This document shows, one piece after another, positions 1-7,882 of a DNA stretch of 20,000 nucleotides (its first letter is position 1; each line of letters begins with the position of its first letter). This DNA is from an uncultured virus (IMG/VR IMGVR_UViG_3300030330_005280) (taxonomy: Duplodnaviria; Heunggongvirae; Uroviricota; Caudoviricetes), in the IMG/VR virus record IMGVR_UViG_3300030330_005280, positions 56,777-76,776 of that record. The stretch is one strand, 5' to 3'. Under the pieces are notes generated by a model. That model saw only the letters and a list, made by a program, of their open reading frames with translations. It was not told where the DNA came from and ran no database searches. A program made the position numbers and the translations under genes.

Positions 1-2
1 AA

Positions 3-383
3 GGGTCAATTACTCGTCATGAATCAGCATTGGATCTCTTGGAGAGAGTAAAGAAAGTCCATCTTGAATGGGTAAAGACAGGACATAGAAAAGGACAAAA
101 CACTAACAATGTGTCTGCTACTATTACTATCAAACCTGACGAGTGGCAAGAGGTTGGAGAATGGATGTGGGAGAATAAGAGAAACTATAATGGTTTGTCT
201 GTACTTCCTTATTCAGATCACTCTTACAAGCAAGCTCCTTTTGAGGACTGCACTAAAGAAGAATATGAAGCTTTATTGCCTTCTTTGAAAGTAGTTAACT
301 TGGACAAAGTTATCGAAATCGATGACAACACAAACCTTACAGGCGAACTGGCGTGTGCCGGCGGTGCTTGTGAAATTAACTAA
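3..383 (+). CDS. nrdJ: Class II (adenosylcobalamin-dependent) ribonucleotide reductase, C-terminal fragment (5' partial)
   Basis: Frame is open from the window edge (GSITRHESALDLLERVK...). It contains NNVSATITIK, NGLSVLPY..H.YKQAPFE and the terminal redox Cys pair ACAGGACEI typical of monomeric RTPR-type NrdJ. Confidence 0.9.
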   Translation, partial: GSITRHESALDLLERVKKVHLEWVKTGHRKGQNTNNVSATITIKPDEWQEVGEWMWENKRNYNGLSVLPYSDHSYKQAPFEDCTKEEYEALLPSLKVVNLDKVIEIDDNTNLTGELACAGGACEIN

Positions 384-394
384 ATGGAGAAAAC

Positions 395-580
395 ATGAAA
401 CAAAAACTAGAACAACTAATCGAAGGGCTTCAAGCCATTCTTGAGGACGTAGAAAAAGTGGATGAAAAGTCCTATGGTTACAAAGCAGCTGCTGTCCGTG
501 CCAGAAAGACTCTTCATGAAGCAAGAGGTCAGTTCCAAGAACTTCGTAAGGAAATTCAAGCTAAAAAAAATGAAGAATAA
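395..580 (+). CDS. Small basic histone H1-like (Hc1-type) DNA-binding protein
   Basis: 61 aa, helical, GGAG RBS. The motif KAAAVRARKTL.E......ELRKEIQ.KKN resembles short bacterial Hc1-like proteins. Confidence 0.6.
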   Translation: MKQKLEQLIEGLQAILEDVEKVDEKSYGYKAAAVRARKTLHEARGQFQELRKEIQAKKNEE

Positions 581-581
581 C

Positions 582-610
582 TTGACAATTGTTTAATTGT
601 GTGTTATAAT
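582..610 (+). promoter_or_regulatory. Sigma70-type promoter with extended -10
   Basis: TTGACA (582-587), 17-nt spacer, TG at 602-603, TATAAT (605-610); intergenic. Confidence 0.9.
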
Positions 611-647
611 ATAATTACGCTGTCCGACTTGTATAGGTGTTGGATAG

Positions 648-690
648 AACTTGTGGCAACTCTTCTTTGCGTGACAAGTTTTATTTTATT
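648..690 (+). terminator. Terminator/attenuator-like hairpin in the leader of the GroES-like gene
   Basis: AACTTGT-g-GCAA-loop-TTGC-gtg-ACAAGTT (648-680) followed by the T-rich tract TTATTTTATT. Confidence 0.45.
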
Positions 691-699
691 GGAGGTTAA

Positions 700-987
700 A
701 TGTTTACACATGTTTATAACAGACACGTTCTTGTCGAACTTGTCGATGAAGAAGAAGAAAAGCAAGAGTCTCTTATTGCTTTGCCACAAGATTATAAAAA
801 ACGAGAGTCCCCATATTTGGTTGTCAAGGTTCTTGATAAAGCAGAGGACTGTAACACCTTTGTAGAAGTCTGTGATAAAGTTGTTATCGAACGTAGGATG
901 TTAGTTGAAATAGAAATTAAAGGTAAAAAGAACTATTTAGTTTTAGAAAATTACATCTACGGGAGAATAGAAGATGAAGCTTACTAA
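700..987 (+). CDS. GroES/Cpn10-like co-chaperonin (divergent)
   Basis: 95 aa, GGAGG RBS. NRHVLVE...SLIALP...VKVL...VEVCDKVVI...EIEIKGKKNYLVLENYIYG follows the Cpn10 pattern. Confidence 0.7.
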   Translation: MFTHVYNRHVLVELVDEEEEKQESLIALPQDYKKRESPYLVVKVLDKAEDCNTFVEVCDKVVIERRMLVEIEIKGKKNYLVLENYIYGRIEDEAY

Positions 988-1660
988 ACAATTATTAAAA
1001 GAAATGATTCTTAAAGAAATGAAGGGTCTTTCGTCTGCTCAAATAGAGCAAGAAGTCAAAAAACATATAATGCAAATACAAGATCCGGACGGAGTTAAGA
1101 ACATTGCTTTCATTACAGCTCATGAACCACCTGGTGGCGGTAAAAACTTTCAATGGGATAACGATGAGATGCAATTTCATTTGAAATCGATGTTAAAAAG
1201 AAGAGGATACACAGAATTCTATCCAATAATTGGAAACTACGGTGGTCAACTTGAAGGTTCGCTTATGGTAGTCGAAAGAAACCAAGACCAATCTGAATTT
1301 CTTGACCAAATGGTTTCTATGGGAAAACAATTTAACCAAGATGCTGTAATAGTTGGTACAAAACAACAATCAATGCAAATGGCAACAGACGCTGAGGGTA
1401 AACTCTTACCAGGACCAGCTTATCATATGGATTTTGAAATGATAAACCTACACCCAACAAAAACAGGTAGTCCAAATATGAATTTTAGACAACAAAGCAT
1501 TTATGACGAAAGAGATCAAGTTCAATACGGACAAGCTGTTCAAAATAGAACAACTGACTTTTCTCAAGCAGGGAATTTTAAGTTTGTTATCCCTTTCTTT
1601 TCATCAGCTCCAGCAGATCAAAATAAATTTAGAGCAAATGTTAGAAACGTCGGAGAATAA
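974..1660 (+). CDS. Hypothetical protein with MKLTKQ leader and a DUF3293-like core
   Basis: 228 aa. N-terminus MKLTKQLLKEMILKE; core IAFITAHEP...GNYG...EGSLMV...GKQFNQDAVI recalls DUF3293-like proteins (by eye). Confidence 0.6.
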   Translation: MKLTKQLLKEMILKEMKGLSSAQIEQEVKKHIMQIQDPDGVKNIAFITAHEPPGGGKNFQWDNDEMQFHLKSMLKRRGYTEFYPIIGNYGGQLEGSLMVVERNQDQSEFLDQMVSMGKQFNQDAVIVGTKQQSMQMATDAEGKLLPGPAYHMDFEMINLHPTKTGSPNMNFRQQSIYDERDQVQYGQAVQNRTTDFSQAGNFKFVIPFFSSAPADQNKFRANVRNVGE

Positions 1661-2362
1661 ATGCCATATAATAAAACAATACCCTTATACAATGATAATA
1701 TCGGGTCTGTCTCTTATGTGGAGCATATGGGGAGCGATCTTACTGTGGTTAATTCAGCAAGAGTCTCCTTTGGTGTGGAGAAAACTGATCTGGACGATAG
1801 AGACAGAAAACTTATTAATTACCTTATTAAACACAGACATACATCAACTCTCGAGCACAATGTTGTTACTTTCAAGTTTGTCGTGCCTTTATTTATTCGT
1901 TCACAACACCATCGCCATAGGACTTGGTCTTATAATGAAATCAGTAGAAGGTATACAGACAAGGATTTACAATTCTATTTACCAAAAAGTTTTAGGACAC
2001 AACACAAATCTAACAGACAAGCATCAAATCCAGACGACCTACAAGATCCATTAGCCTACAAAGACTTTTCTATGGTCACCTGTTCAGAAATTTTATACAA
2101 CAGAACACAAGATTGTCTTCATGCATACGAAGTTATGTTGGAAGCTGGTGTATGTAGAGAGCAAGCAAGAATGATTCTTCCACAGAATCTTTATACTGAA
2201 TATTACGGTACAGTAAACTTGAATAATCTTTTAAAATTTATAAGTCTTAGAACACATGACGGTGCACAATGGGAAATTCAAAAGGTAGCAGAAGCTTGTT
2301 TAGAAATCGCAAGTGATTTATGGCCCACAACGGTTAAGGCATACAGAACTTTAATAAACTAG
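1661..2362 (+). CDS. thyX: Flavin-dependent thymidylate synthase
   Basis: VNSARVS, HTSTLEH, the signature RHRTWSYNEISRRY, EQARMILP and LRTHDGAQWEI. Confidence 0.97.
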   Translation: MPYNKTIPLYNDNIGSVSYVEHMGSDLTVVNSARVSFGVEKTDLDDRDRKLINYLIKHRHTSTLEHNVVTFKFVVPLFIRSQHHRHRTWSYNEISRRYTDKDLQFYLPKSFRTQHKSNRQASNPDDLQDPLAYKDFSMVTCSEILYNRTQDCLHAYEVMLEAGVCREQARMILPQNLYTEYYGTVNLNNLLKFISLRTHDGAQWEIQKVAEACLEIASDLWPTTVKAYRTLIN

Positions 2363-2369
2363 TTACTAC

Positions 2370-2627
2370 ATGAAGACCGAAAAGCCAACAACAATTCCTT
2401 TATATTCCATTGGCGATCTTGTTATGATTAGAGGTTTTGGTTTGTTACTTTTGAATTCGGAACAACCAATAGGAATAGTAACTAGAGGACCATACTCATA
2501 CAGAGCAGTGGAATCATACCACGACTTAGTTTATTTCGAATGGTGGTGTTATGATATTTTAGTAGGTTCTGAACTAGTTAGAATGTTACCAGAGAACTTT
2601 TTATTAGAGGTTAAAAAAGATGAATAG
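2370..2627 (+). CDS. Small hypothetical protein, SH3/KOW-like beta-barrel
   Basis: 85 aa, YSIGDLVMI...GIV...YDILV...LPENFL pattern. No SD; ATG lies 4 nt after ACTAGTTA. Confidence 0.65.
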   Translation: MKTEKPTTIPLYSIGDLVMIRGFGLLLLNSEQPIGIVTRGPYSYRAVESYHDLVYFEWWCYDILVGSELVRMLPENFLLEVKKDE

Positions 2628-4242
2628 AATAATGCAAAATTGGAAAAGTTTTTTATTCTTAGAATCCAAAAAAGATCAAATTGATATTGAAAATATTAGA
2701 ATTCACATAGCAAATGAAATTGATATGACATTGATGAGACCTACGGTAAACATTGGTGATCCTAATGACATGATGATTGATTATGATGAAGAAGGAAATA
2801 GATTTGAAAGACCATTCGGTAAAGAAGATTCTACTTTTTTATTGTATTTGTACAGAGGTTTTGATGAAGAAGGTAATTTATCTAATGAAGAAAACATTCA
2901 AGATGTAAATTCTGAACTAAACAATAGAGCTGATAACTTTATCTACCAACTTGATAAAGAAGACATGGCTGTTTTTATTGCAGACTTTGATAAGATTTTA
3001 GATTTTGTTTCTGGTAACAAAAAAGACATAGAAGAAGAGTCTTATCAAACTATGTATATGGCAAAAAAAGCACCTGGAAAATTCACAACTGATTCTTTTG
3101 CTAGAAGAAACAGAGCAATATATAAAGACACTTATACTTACGGTGGTGGTGTTGACTTTATGTTTAAAAAAACAAAAGAATTAAAAAACATTAATCCACA
3201 ACACTTGTTTCTGTTTAAACTAGAGAACTTGCTAGGAAGGGTCAAAAATAAAATATTAAATGGTGAAACTGAAATAACAAAAAACGATAGAGATGTCCAA
3301 GATATTGTGGAATTATCAAAAACTGTACCAACTTTGTCTTTTAAAGATTGGCATGCCAATTATAGAGAGGGTGTAGACACCAAACAAATTCAAACTGAGA
3401 TAGATCAGATAAAACCAGTTTATCAACAAAACTCTGTTATTAATTACTTTACCTTCAAGGAGAATGAACTATTAAGACTTTTGTATAACACACACAAGCA
3501 AGGAAAAAACTCTCCTATATATAATGATCAAAAATTAATGAATCAGTTTTTTGATACTGTCCAGATTCACATGTCTAGTTTGTTAAACGATCAAGAGAAA
3601 CAACTAGAAAATAAAAATTACCCGACTTTGTTAATGAGAATGTCTATGATGTTTAACAAAGGTATGATTCCAAGAAACTTCTTTGATGATGATAACTACA
3701 ATCTTTTTATGAAACTAAAAGATTATATATCAGATTATAATGAATTAGATGAATATAGTTTTATATTTCCCTTAGACCCAGAAAAAGTACCAAAAGAAAT
3801 AAGAAATCAAACCACTGAAAAAGATGTAAAAGACAAAAATGCCATCAAAAAAATGAAAAAAGCTGCAACCGATATAGTAGAGAAAATAAAAGACAATGAA
3901 AAAGTAAGTGCTGATGAAATAAATAAATTGTTTGATATGTTAGAAGAATTGTTACCAAGATTAAAAGACAAGGTTAGTGCTGTTTTTAAAGAATTAGAAA
4001 CTTCTCCTCAAAAAATAGCTGAATATTTTGCAGCGTCTACAAGCAAGGAAGGACAATCAACTGGAGAAAAGATAGAGAAAAGTTTATTAGAATTAGAAGA
4101 ATTGGTTTATAATAATAAAGATGTACCTAAAGATAAGTTTGCAAATTTTATAAAATTAATAAGTGATGCTCCTAGTGATAAAGAAGTCAAGCCATTTGAA
4201 ATTAGAATAAACAAATTATTTGATCACTTGGAGGGCAAATGA
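2620..4242 (+). CDS. Large hypothetical helical protein with MNRIMQNWKSFLFLE leader
   Basis: 540-aa ORF, GAGG RBS, K/E/D/N-rich, no recognisable catalytic motif. Confidence 0.8.
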   Translation: MNRIMQNWKSFLFLESKKDQIDIENIRIHIANEIDMTLMRPTVNIGDPNDMMIDYDEEGNRFERPFGKEDSTFLLYLYRGFDEEGNLSNEENIQDVNSELNNRADNFIYQLDKEDMAVFIADFDKILDFVSGNKKDIEEESYQTMYMAKKAPGKFTTDSFARRNRAIYKDTYTYGGGVDFMFKKTKELKNINPQHLFLFKLENLLGRVKNKILNGETEITKNDRDVQDIVELSKTVPTLSFKDWHANYREGVDTKQIQTEIDQIKPVYQQNSVINYFTFKENELLRLLYNTHKQGKNSPIYNDQKLMNQFFDTVQIHMSSLLNDQEKQLENKNYPTLLMRMSMMFNKGMIPRNFFDDDNYNLFMKLKDYISDYNELDEYSFIFPLDPEKVPKEIRNQTTEKDVKDKNAIKKMKKAATDIVEKIKDNEKVSADEINKLFDMLEELLPRLKDKVSAVFKELETSPQKIAEYFAASTSKEGQSTGEKIEKSLLELEELVYNNKDVPKDKFANFIKLISDAPSDKEVKPFEIRINKLFDHLEGK

Positions 4243-5054
4243 GTGATTTTCATTTTGATGAATTAGTTCTTGGCGGTTCACTAACAGCCCTTTTGTATGC
4301 TTACAAAAAAAATCTTCCAATTTTAATTGATGTAGCTCATGTTCCTTTTGTTTTGGAAGAAGTACCACAGCATTGGGATTTATCTTTTATAGGTTTTAAC
4401 AAATCTGGTCAACACAAGAAATCACAAGTGTGGGACAGACTTTCTTTTCTTTTAGCCATGTCAGGTCTGGTTCTTTTTCCAAACAATATACAATCATTTC
4501 GTCTAGAGGAAGATCACATTAATATAATTGGCTTAGACAACAAAAAAATGATTGTAAAGTATAACAAATTAGTTGAGTTTGACAGAGACTCAAAAGATTA
4601 CTTTATGGTTTATGATTGGTTCGCTGTGCATTCAGGCTCTAGGCACGATTGGGAAGTAATACCCAACCCTGATGATGAATTGTGTCACTTGTTACTGTTT
4701 CATAGATCAACAAGACCTAGAACACGATCTGATGTGATGGATGTTTGTGCTGTTTCAAAAATTCAAAAAGGCTTTTTAAATAATATAGAATGGTCCCCCA
4801 CATATACTAGAATCAAAACTCTTCAAATGATGAAAGAAGTGGGTATAAAAGGACGTGCGAATGGTTATAATAGAAAAGGAAAAACTCTTCACTATGCTAT
4901 ATCAATAGAGCATATGTACAGAGAAGTCTTTGAGGAACAAAACAACCAACTGACAATCGAAGAAATTTTATCTTGGGAAAATAAGAAAGGAACAAACCTA
5001 TGGAATTTGACACAAAAAATGTTAATGGCTCATCTTACCACCTCGCGGGAATAG
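4239..5054 (+). CDS. Hypothetical protein with degenerate N-terminal Rossmann (dinucleotide-binding) motif
   Basis: 271 aa, GGAGG RBS, ATGA overlap. LVLGGSLTALLYAY...ILID resembles a beta-alpha-beta nucleotide-binding start. Confidence 0.6.
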   Translation: MSDFHFDELVLGGSLTALLYAYKKNLPILIDVAHVPFVLEEVPQHWDLSFIGFNKSGQHKKSQVWDRLSFLLAMSGLVLFPNNIQSFRLEEDHINIIGLDNKKMIVKYNKLVEFDRDSKDYFMVYDWFAVHSGSRHDWEVIPNPDDELCHLLLFHRSTRPRTRSDVMDVCAVSKIQKGFLNNIEWSPTYTRIKTLQMMKEVGIKGRANGYNRKGKTLHYAISIEHMYREVFEEQNNQLTIEEILSWENKKGTNLWNLTQKMLMAHLTTSRE

Positions 5055-5908
5055 TTCCTTGTGGAGGTCAACCTCTAGACTATGGTATGGAGTGGCCCGA
5101 CTTTATGATGCCAATAGCTCCTAACTATACAATGATTGAAGCTGCTATTATGGAGTGTGCTTGGGCTGGTTGTGAGACTATATGGGTTTGTCTGTATGAA
5201 GATACCGCACCATTAGTAAGGCATCGCATCGGAGACTTTGTTCAAGACCCCGTGTGGGCTTGGAGAGGAATGGACCCTCAGCCAACCGCAAATCAAAAAA
5301 GAATTCCAATATTCTATGTTCCAGTTCACCCAAAGAATAGATTCAGAAGAGATTGCTTGGCATGGTCGGTTATCGAAGGAGCTCTTTCAGCTTTTAAAAC
5401 TTCAGCCACAGTTTCAAAGTGGATTTATCCAAACAAGTATTGGGTATCTTTTCCATATGGTTATTTTAATCCCGAGTTATTGAGAGAGCACCGCCAAAAA
5501 ATTTCCTCGCCCAAAAATTTCTATATAACGCACAAAGGACAAACAACAGAACAAGGACTGCATACTAGTTTTTCATTTGGAAAGGATGAATTCATAAAAT
5601 TTCGTAGACAAATACGAAAGGGAACAGGAAAGTTCACAAATGAACTAGATGACGATGGTATACCAAGAACAAAACTACCTATCGAAGAAAGATACTCCGC
5701 TCGTTGGTTTGGTTTAGAGGATGTTTTTAAAGACTTGGATAACAGTAAGGAAAATTCTTTAGAAGTTAGTGAATTTTACGATTTATCATCTTGGGATAAA
5801 TATAGAAACTATTTATCATCTGATTTGGCTGAAAAAATAACCAGACCACCGGAGTGGTTAATGAAATTTTCAGAATTTGGATCAATTTCTCTTGACAGAA
5901 AGGATTAA
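5000..5908 (+). CDS. Sugar-phosphate nucleotidyltransferase-like (GT-A fold) protein, divergent
   Basis: 302 aa. LAGIVPCGG...MMPIA...MIEAAIMECAWAGCETIWV matches the NTP_transferase N-terminus, but the usual G.GTR and PK residues are altered. Confidence 0.6.
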   Translation: MEFDTKNVNGSSYHLAGIVPCGGQPLDYGMEWPDFMMPIAPNYTMIEAAIMECAWAGCETIWVCLYEDTAPLVRHRIGDFVQDPVWAWRGMDPQPTANQKRIPIFYVPVHPKNRFRRDCLAWSVIEGALSAFKTSATVSKWIYPNKYWVSFPYGYFNPELLREHRQKISSPKNFYITHKGQTTEQGLHTSFSFGKDEFIKFRRQIRKGTGKFTNELDDDGIPRTKLPIEERYSARWFGLEDVFKDLDNSKENSLEVSEFYDLSSWDKYRNYLSSDLAEKITRPPEWLMKFSEFGSISLDRKD

Positions 5909-5920
5909 ATGTGTTACAAT
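5892..5920 (+). promoter_or_regulatory. Sigma70-type promoter with extended -10
   Basis: TTGACA (5892-5897), 17 nt, TG at 5912-5913, TACAAT (5915-5920). Confidence 0.7.
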
Positions 5921-6533
5921 GAATACAGAAGTAAAAAGAAAAAGGTATAAAAAACATATTATGGAAATAGAATTTTTAAGAGCTGAGTTATCTTATCAAG
6001 AAGAAGTGTTAGTAATTGCACATCAAAATTTTGAGACTTGGTATAGGCAGTATTGTGTGGACAATAATATTAATTTAGATGAATTGAATGAAAAGCACAA
6101 AAGTAGGATTTCAAAAATATTACCGCAGCCAATTTTTTCAGATTTGAAACATGATGAGAAAGGTGTTTTAGTTTTAAACGAAAAAGCTAATAAAGAAGAA
6201 AAATTAAAGTTTACCAAAATTTATAAACAAATAGCTAGAGCTACACACCCAGATAAGCACGAAAACACTACTTTAGATTTTAAAGCAGCTTCCGCTGCTT
6301 ACGAGATGGGTGATTGGTCTATGTTAATTCAAATAGCAGAAAAATACAATATTTTTCCTGATGATTTAGATGAAATAATACCTACAATGCTTCAAGAGGC
6401 AGAAAAAATAAACAATATTATTGCAAAAAACAAAACTATGTACTCTTGGAAATTTCATGAATGTGAAACAGATCAATGCAAGGAAGAACTTGTAAAACAA
6501 TTTTTAAAACAATTATTTAATTTGGAGTTATAA
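5919..6533 (+). CDS. J-domain (DnaJ-like) protein
   Basis: KIYKQIARATHPDKH...FKAASAAYE gives the HPD motif with flanking helices. Start is uncertain (ATG 5919 or 5961). Confidence 0.75.
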   Translation: MNTEVKRKRYKKHIMEIEFLRAELSYQEEVLVIAHQNFETWYRQYCVDNNINLDELNEKHKSRISKILPQPIFSDLKHDEKGVLVLNEKANKEEKLKFTKIYKQIARATHPDKHENTTLDFKAASAAYEMGDWSMLIQIAEKYNIFPDDLDEIIPTMLQEAEKINNIIAKNKTMYSWKFHECETDQCKEELVKQFLKQLFNLEL

Positions 6534-7459
6534 TGTTATTATCATTACTATTATGGGCATGCGATTCGGACGTGTCAATTATAAAAAGAATAGAAGAAGA
6601 AGAAACAGGACAAGTCCTTGGTGTAGGTGAGCCTGCCGAACCGGCTGCCATTGTTGGACAACCTTCTTCTGAAGTTGGGTCACAACCCTCAAGCGAGGTT
6701 GGTTCTGAACCAGCATATGAGCAACAAAGATCTGGTGTTACTGGATTATCTACGATGTATCTTAGACAGATTGCGTGTCCTGCTTGTATGGGAGAGACAC
6801 AAGAACTGACTGTAGAATATGAGTTACAAGTACACCAACCTGTATCTGATTCATGGAACTCTTGGATGCTGCCTGATGGAGCATGTACAGAGTATCTATA
6901 TCAGACATCACTATCAACCATCCCTATACAAGTTGGACAAAGTGTTCAAGTCACAAACCAAAATCATCAGTTTGATGCTTATCAAAGCGGAGCTGGTATT
7001 TATACATCACAAAATATATGGGAATCACATTTACAGAGAAATGCAGTATATAATGTGCAAACATCTCAGGGTTCGTTCAGTTTTACAACCGTGGAAGGGT
7101 TTGATTATATTGAACCATACACTATGTTGTGGGTTGATCCATCATATGCTTTTGAAGCTGCTGTTCGCAGATCAGGTTTTACAATTACTTGGGCACCTGT
7201 TCGACAAACAAGTCGAATGATGGTAACTCTTGGAATATATTCGCCTGATGGTGCTTATTTGCAAGGACAAGTATCTTGTTTTGGTGCGGATAGTGGTGCT
7301 ATGTTTATCCCAGCACAATACCTTAATTATCCAACTTGGTCGTTAGTGGCAATACACATTGAACGTTTTGAAACTGGTGTTGTAGAAACCAGTATAAACA
7401 ACTCTTATATGGAGACTTTACAAATTTGGGAAGTGGTGGGCACTGGGCACATCGAGTAA
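6533..7459 (+). CDS. Putative lipoprotein
   Basis: 308 aa. Very short hydrophobic signal MLLSLLLWA-C (lipobox-like), QPSSEVGS repeats, a CPAC motif and a beta-rich body. Confidence 0.65.
   Translation: MLLSLLLWACDSDVSIIKRIEEEETGQVLGVGEPAEPAAIVGQPSSEVGSQPSSEVGSEPAYEQQRSGVTGLSTMYLRQIACPACMGETQELTVEYELQVHQPVSDSWNSWMLPDGACTEYLYQTSLSTIPIQVGQSVQVTNQNHQFDAYQSGAGIYTSQNIWESHLQRNAVYNVQTSQGSFSFTTVEGFDYIEPYTMLWVDPSYAFEAAVRRSGFTITWAPVRQTSRMMVTLGIYSPDGAYLQGQVSCFGADSGAMFIPAQYLNYPTWSLVAIHIERFETGVVETSINNSYMETLQIWEVVGTGHIE
6659..6712 (+). repeat. Imperfect 24-nt in-frame tandem repeat (QPSSEVGS x2 + EP)
   Basis: caaccttcttctgaagttgggtca / caaccctcaagcgaggttggttct; identical peptide with synonymous divergence. 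Confidence 0.8.
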
Positions 7460-7493
7460 CTATTTATTATCCAGACTAGGGAGGAATTATGTC

Positions 7494-7817
7494 ATGGAAA
7501 AAACAAAAATTGCAGATTATGCGTGGAAAGGTTTTACTGTACTATTATCTATCATCATTGTGCCTTGTTTTGTATGGATCTGGGACTCAGAAATGAGACT
7601 TGGAGCTTTAGAATACAAGATGGATGATGCCAACAAATCATTAGAGAAAATTGTTGCTCATATGGATAGTCAAAACGGATCAGCTTCGGTTGATCGTCAA
7701 GTTCAATTTAAACTAATGGAAGATAGGCTAAAACAACTTGAAAAAAATCAAGAAAGATTGGAGAAAGAAGTTCTCCATTATGCAAAAAAATTCGTTGAAA
7801 AAGGAGATAGAAGATGA
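7494..7817 (+). CDS. Single-pass membrane protein with coiled coil
   Basis: 107 aa, GGAGG RBS, hydrophobic segment GFTVLLSIIIVPCFVWIW followed by heptad-rich sequence. Confidence 0.75.
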   Translation: MEKTKIADYAWKGFTVLLSIIIVPCFVWIWDSEMRLGALEYKMDDANKSLEKIVAHMDSQNGSASVDRQVQFKLMEDRLKQLEKNQERLEKEVLHYAKKFVEKGDRR

Positions 7818-7882
7818 AAAATTGTGAATGTTGCGGGTGTAAGCCTGAAGCTTGTAAATGTGAATGTTGTGACCATTCATAA
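7814..7882 (+). CDS. 22-aa Cys-rich metallothionein-like peptide (not in ORF track)
   Basis: MKNCECCGCKPEACKCECCDHS*. AAGGAG at 7801-7806; the ATG overlaps the upstream TGA (ATGA coupling). Confidence 0.65.
   Translation: MKNCECCGCKPEACKCECCDHS

Noticed and set aside
599..2054. Alternative-frame + strand ORFs 599..865 and 1503..2054 (likewise 5238, 6627, 6819, 11219, 12910, 14910, 16071)
   Set aside because: They are shadows overlapping better-supported genes, with no convincing RBS or protein-like features.
7494..7817. Holin or spanin assignment
   Set aside because: One TM segment plus a coiled coil is not specific, and no endolysin is adjacent.
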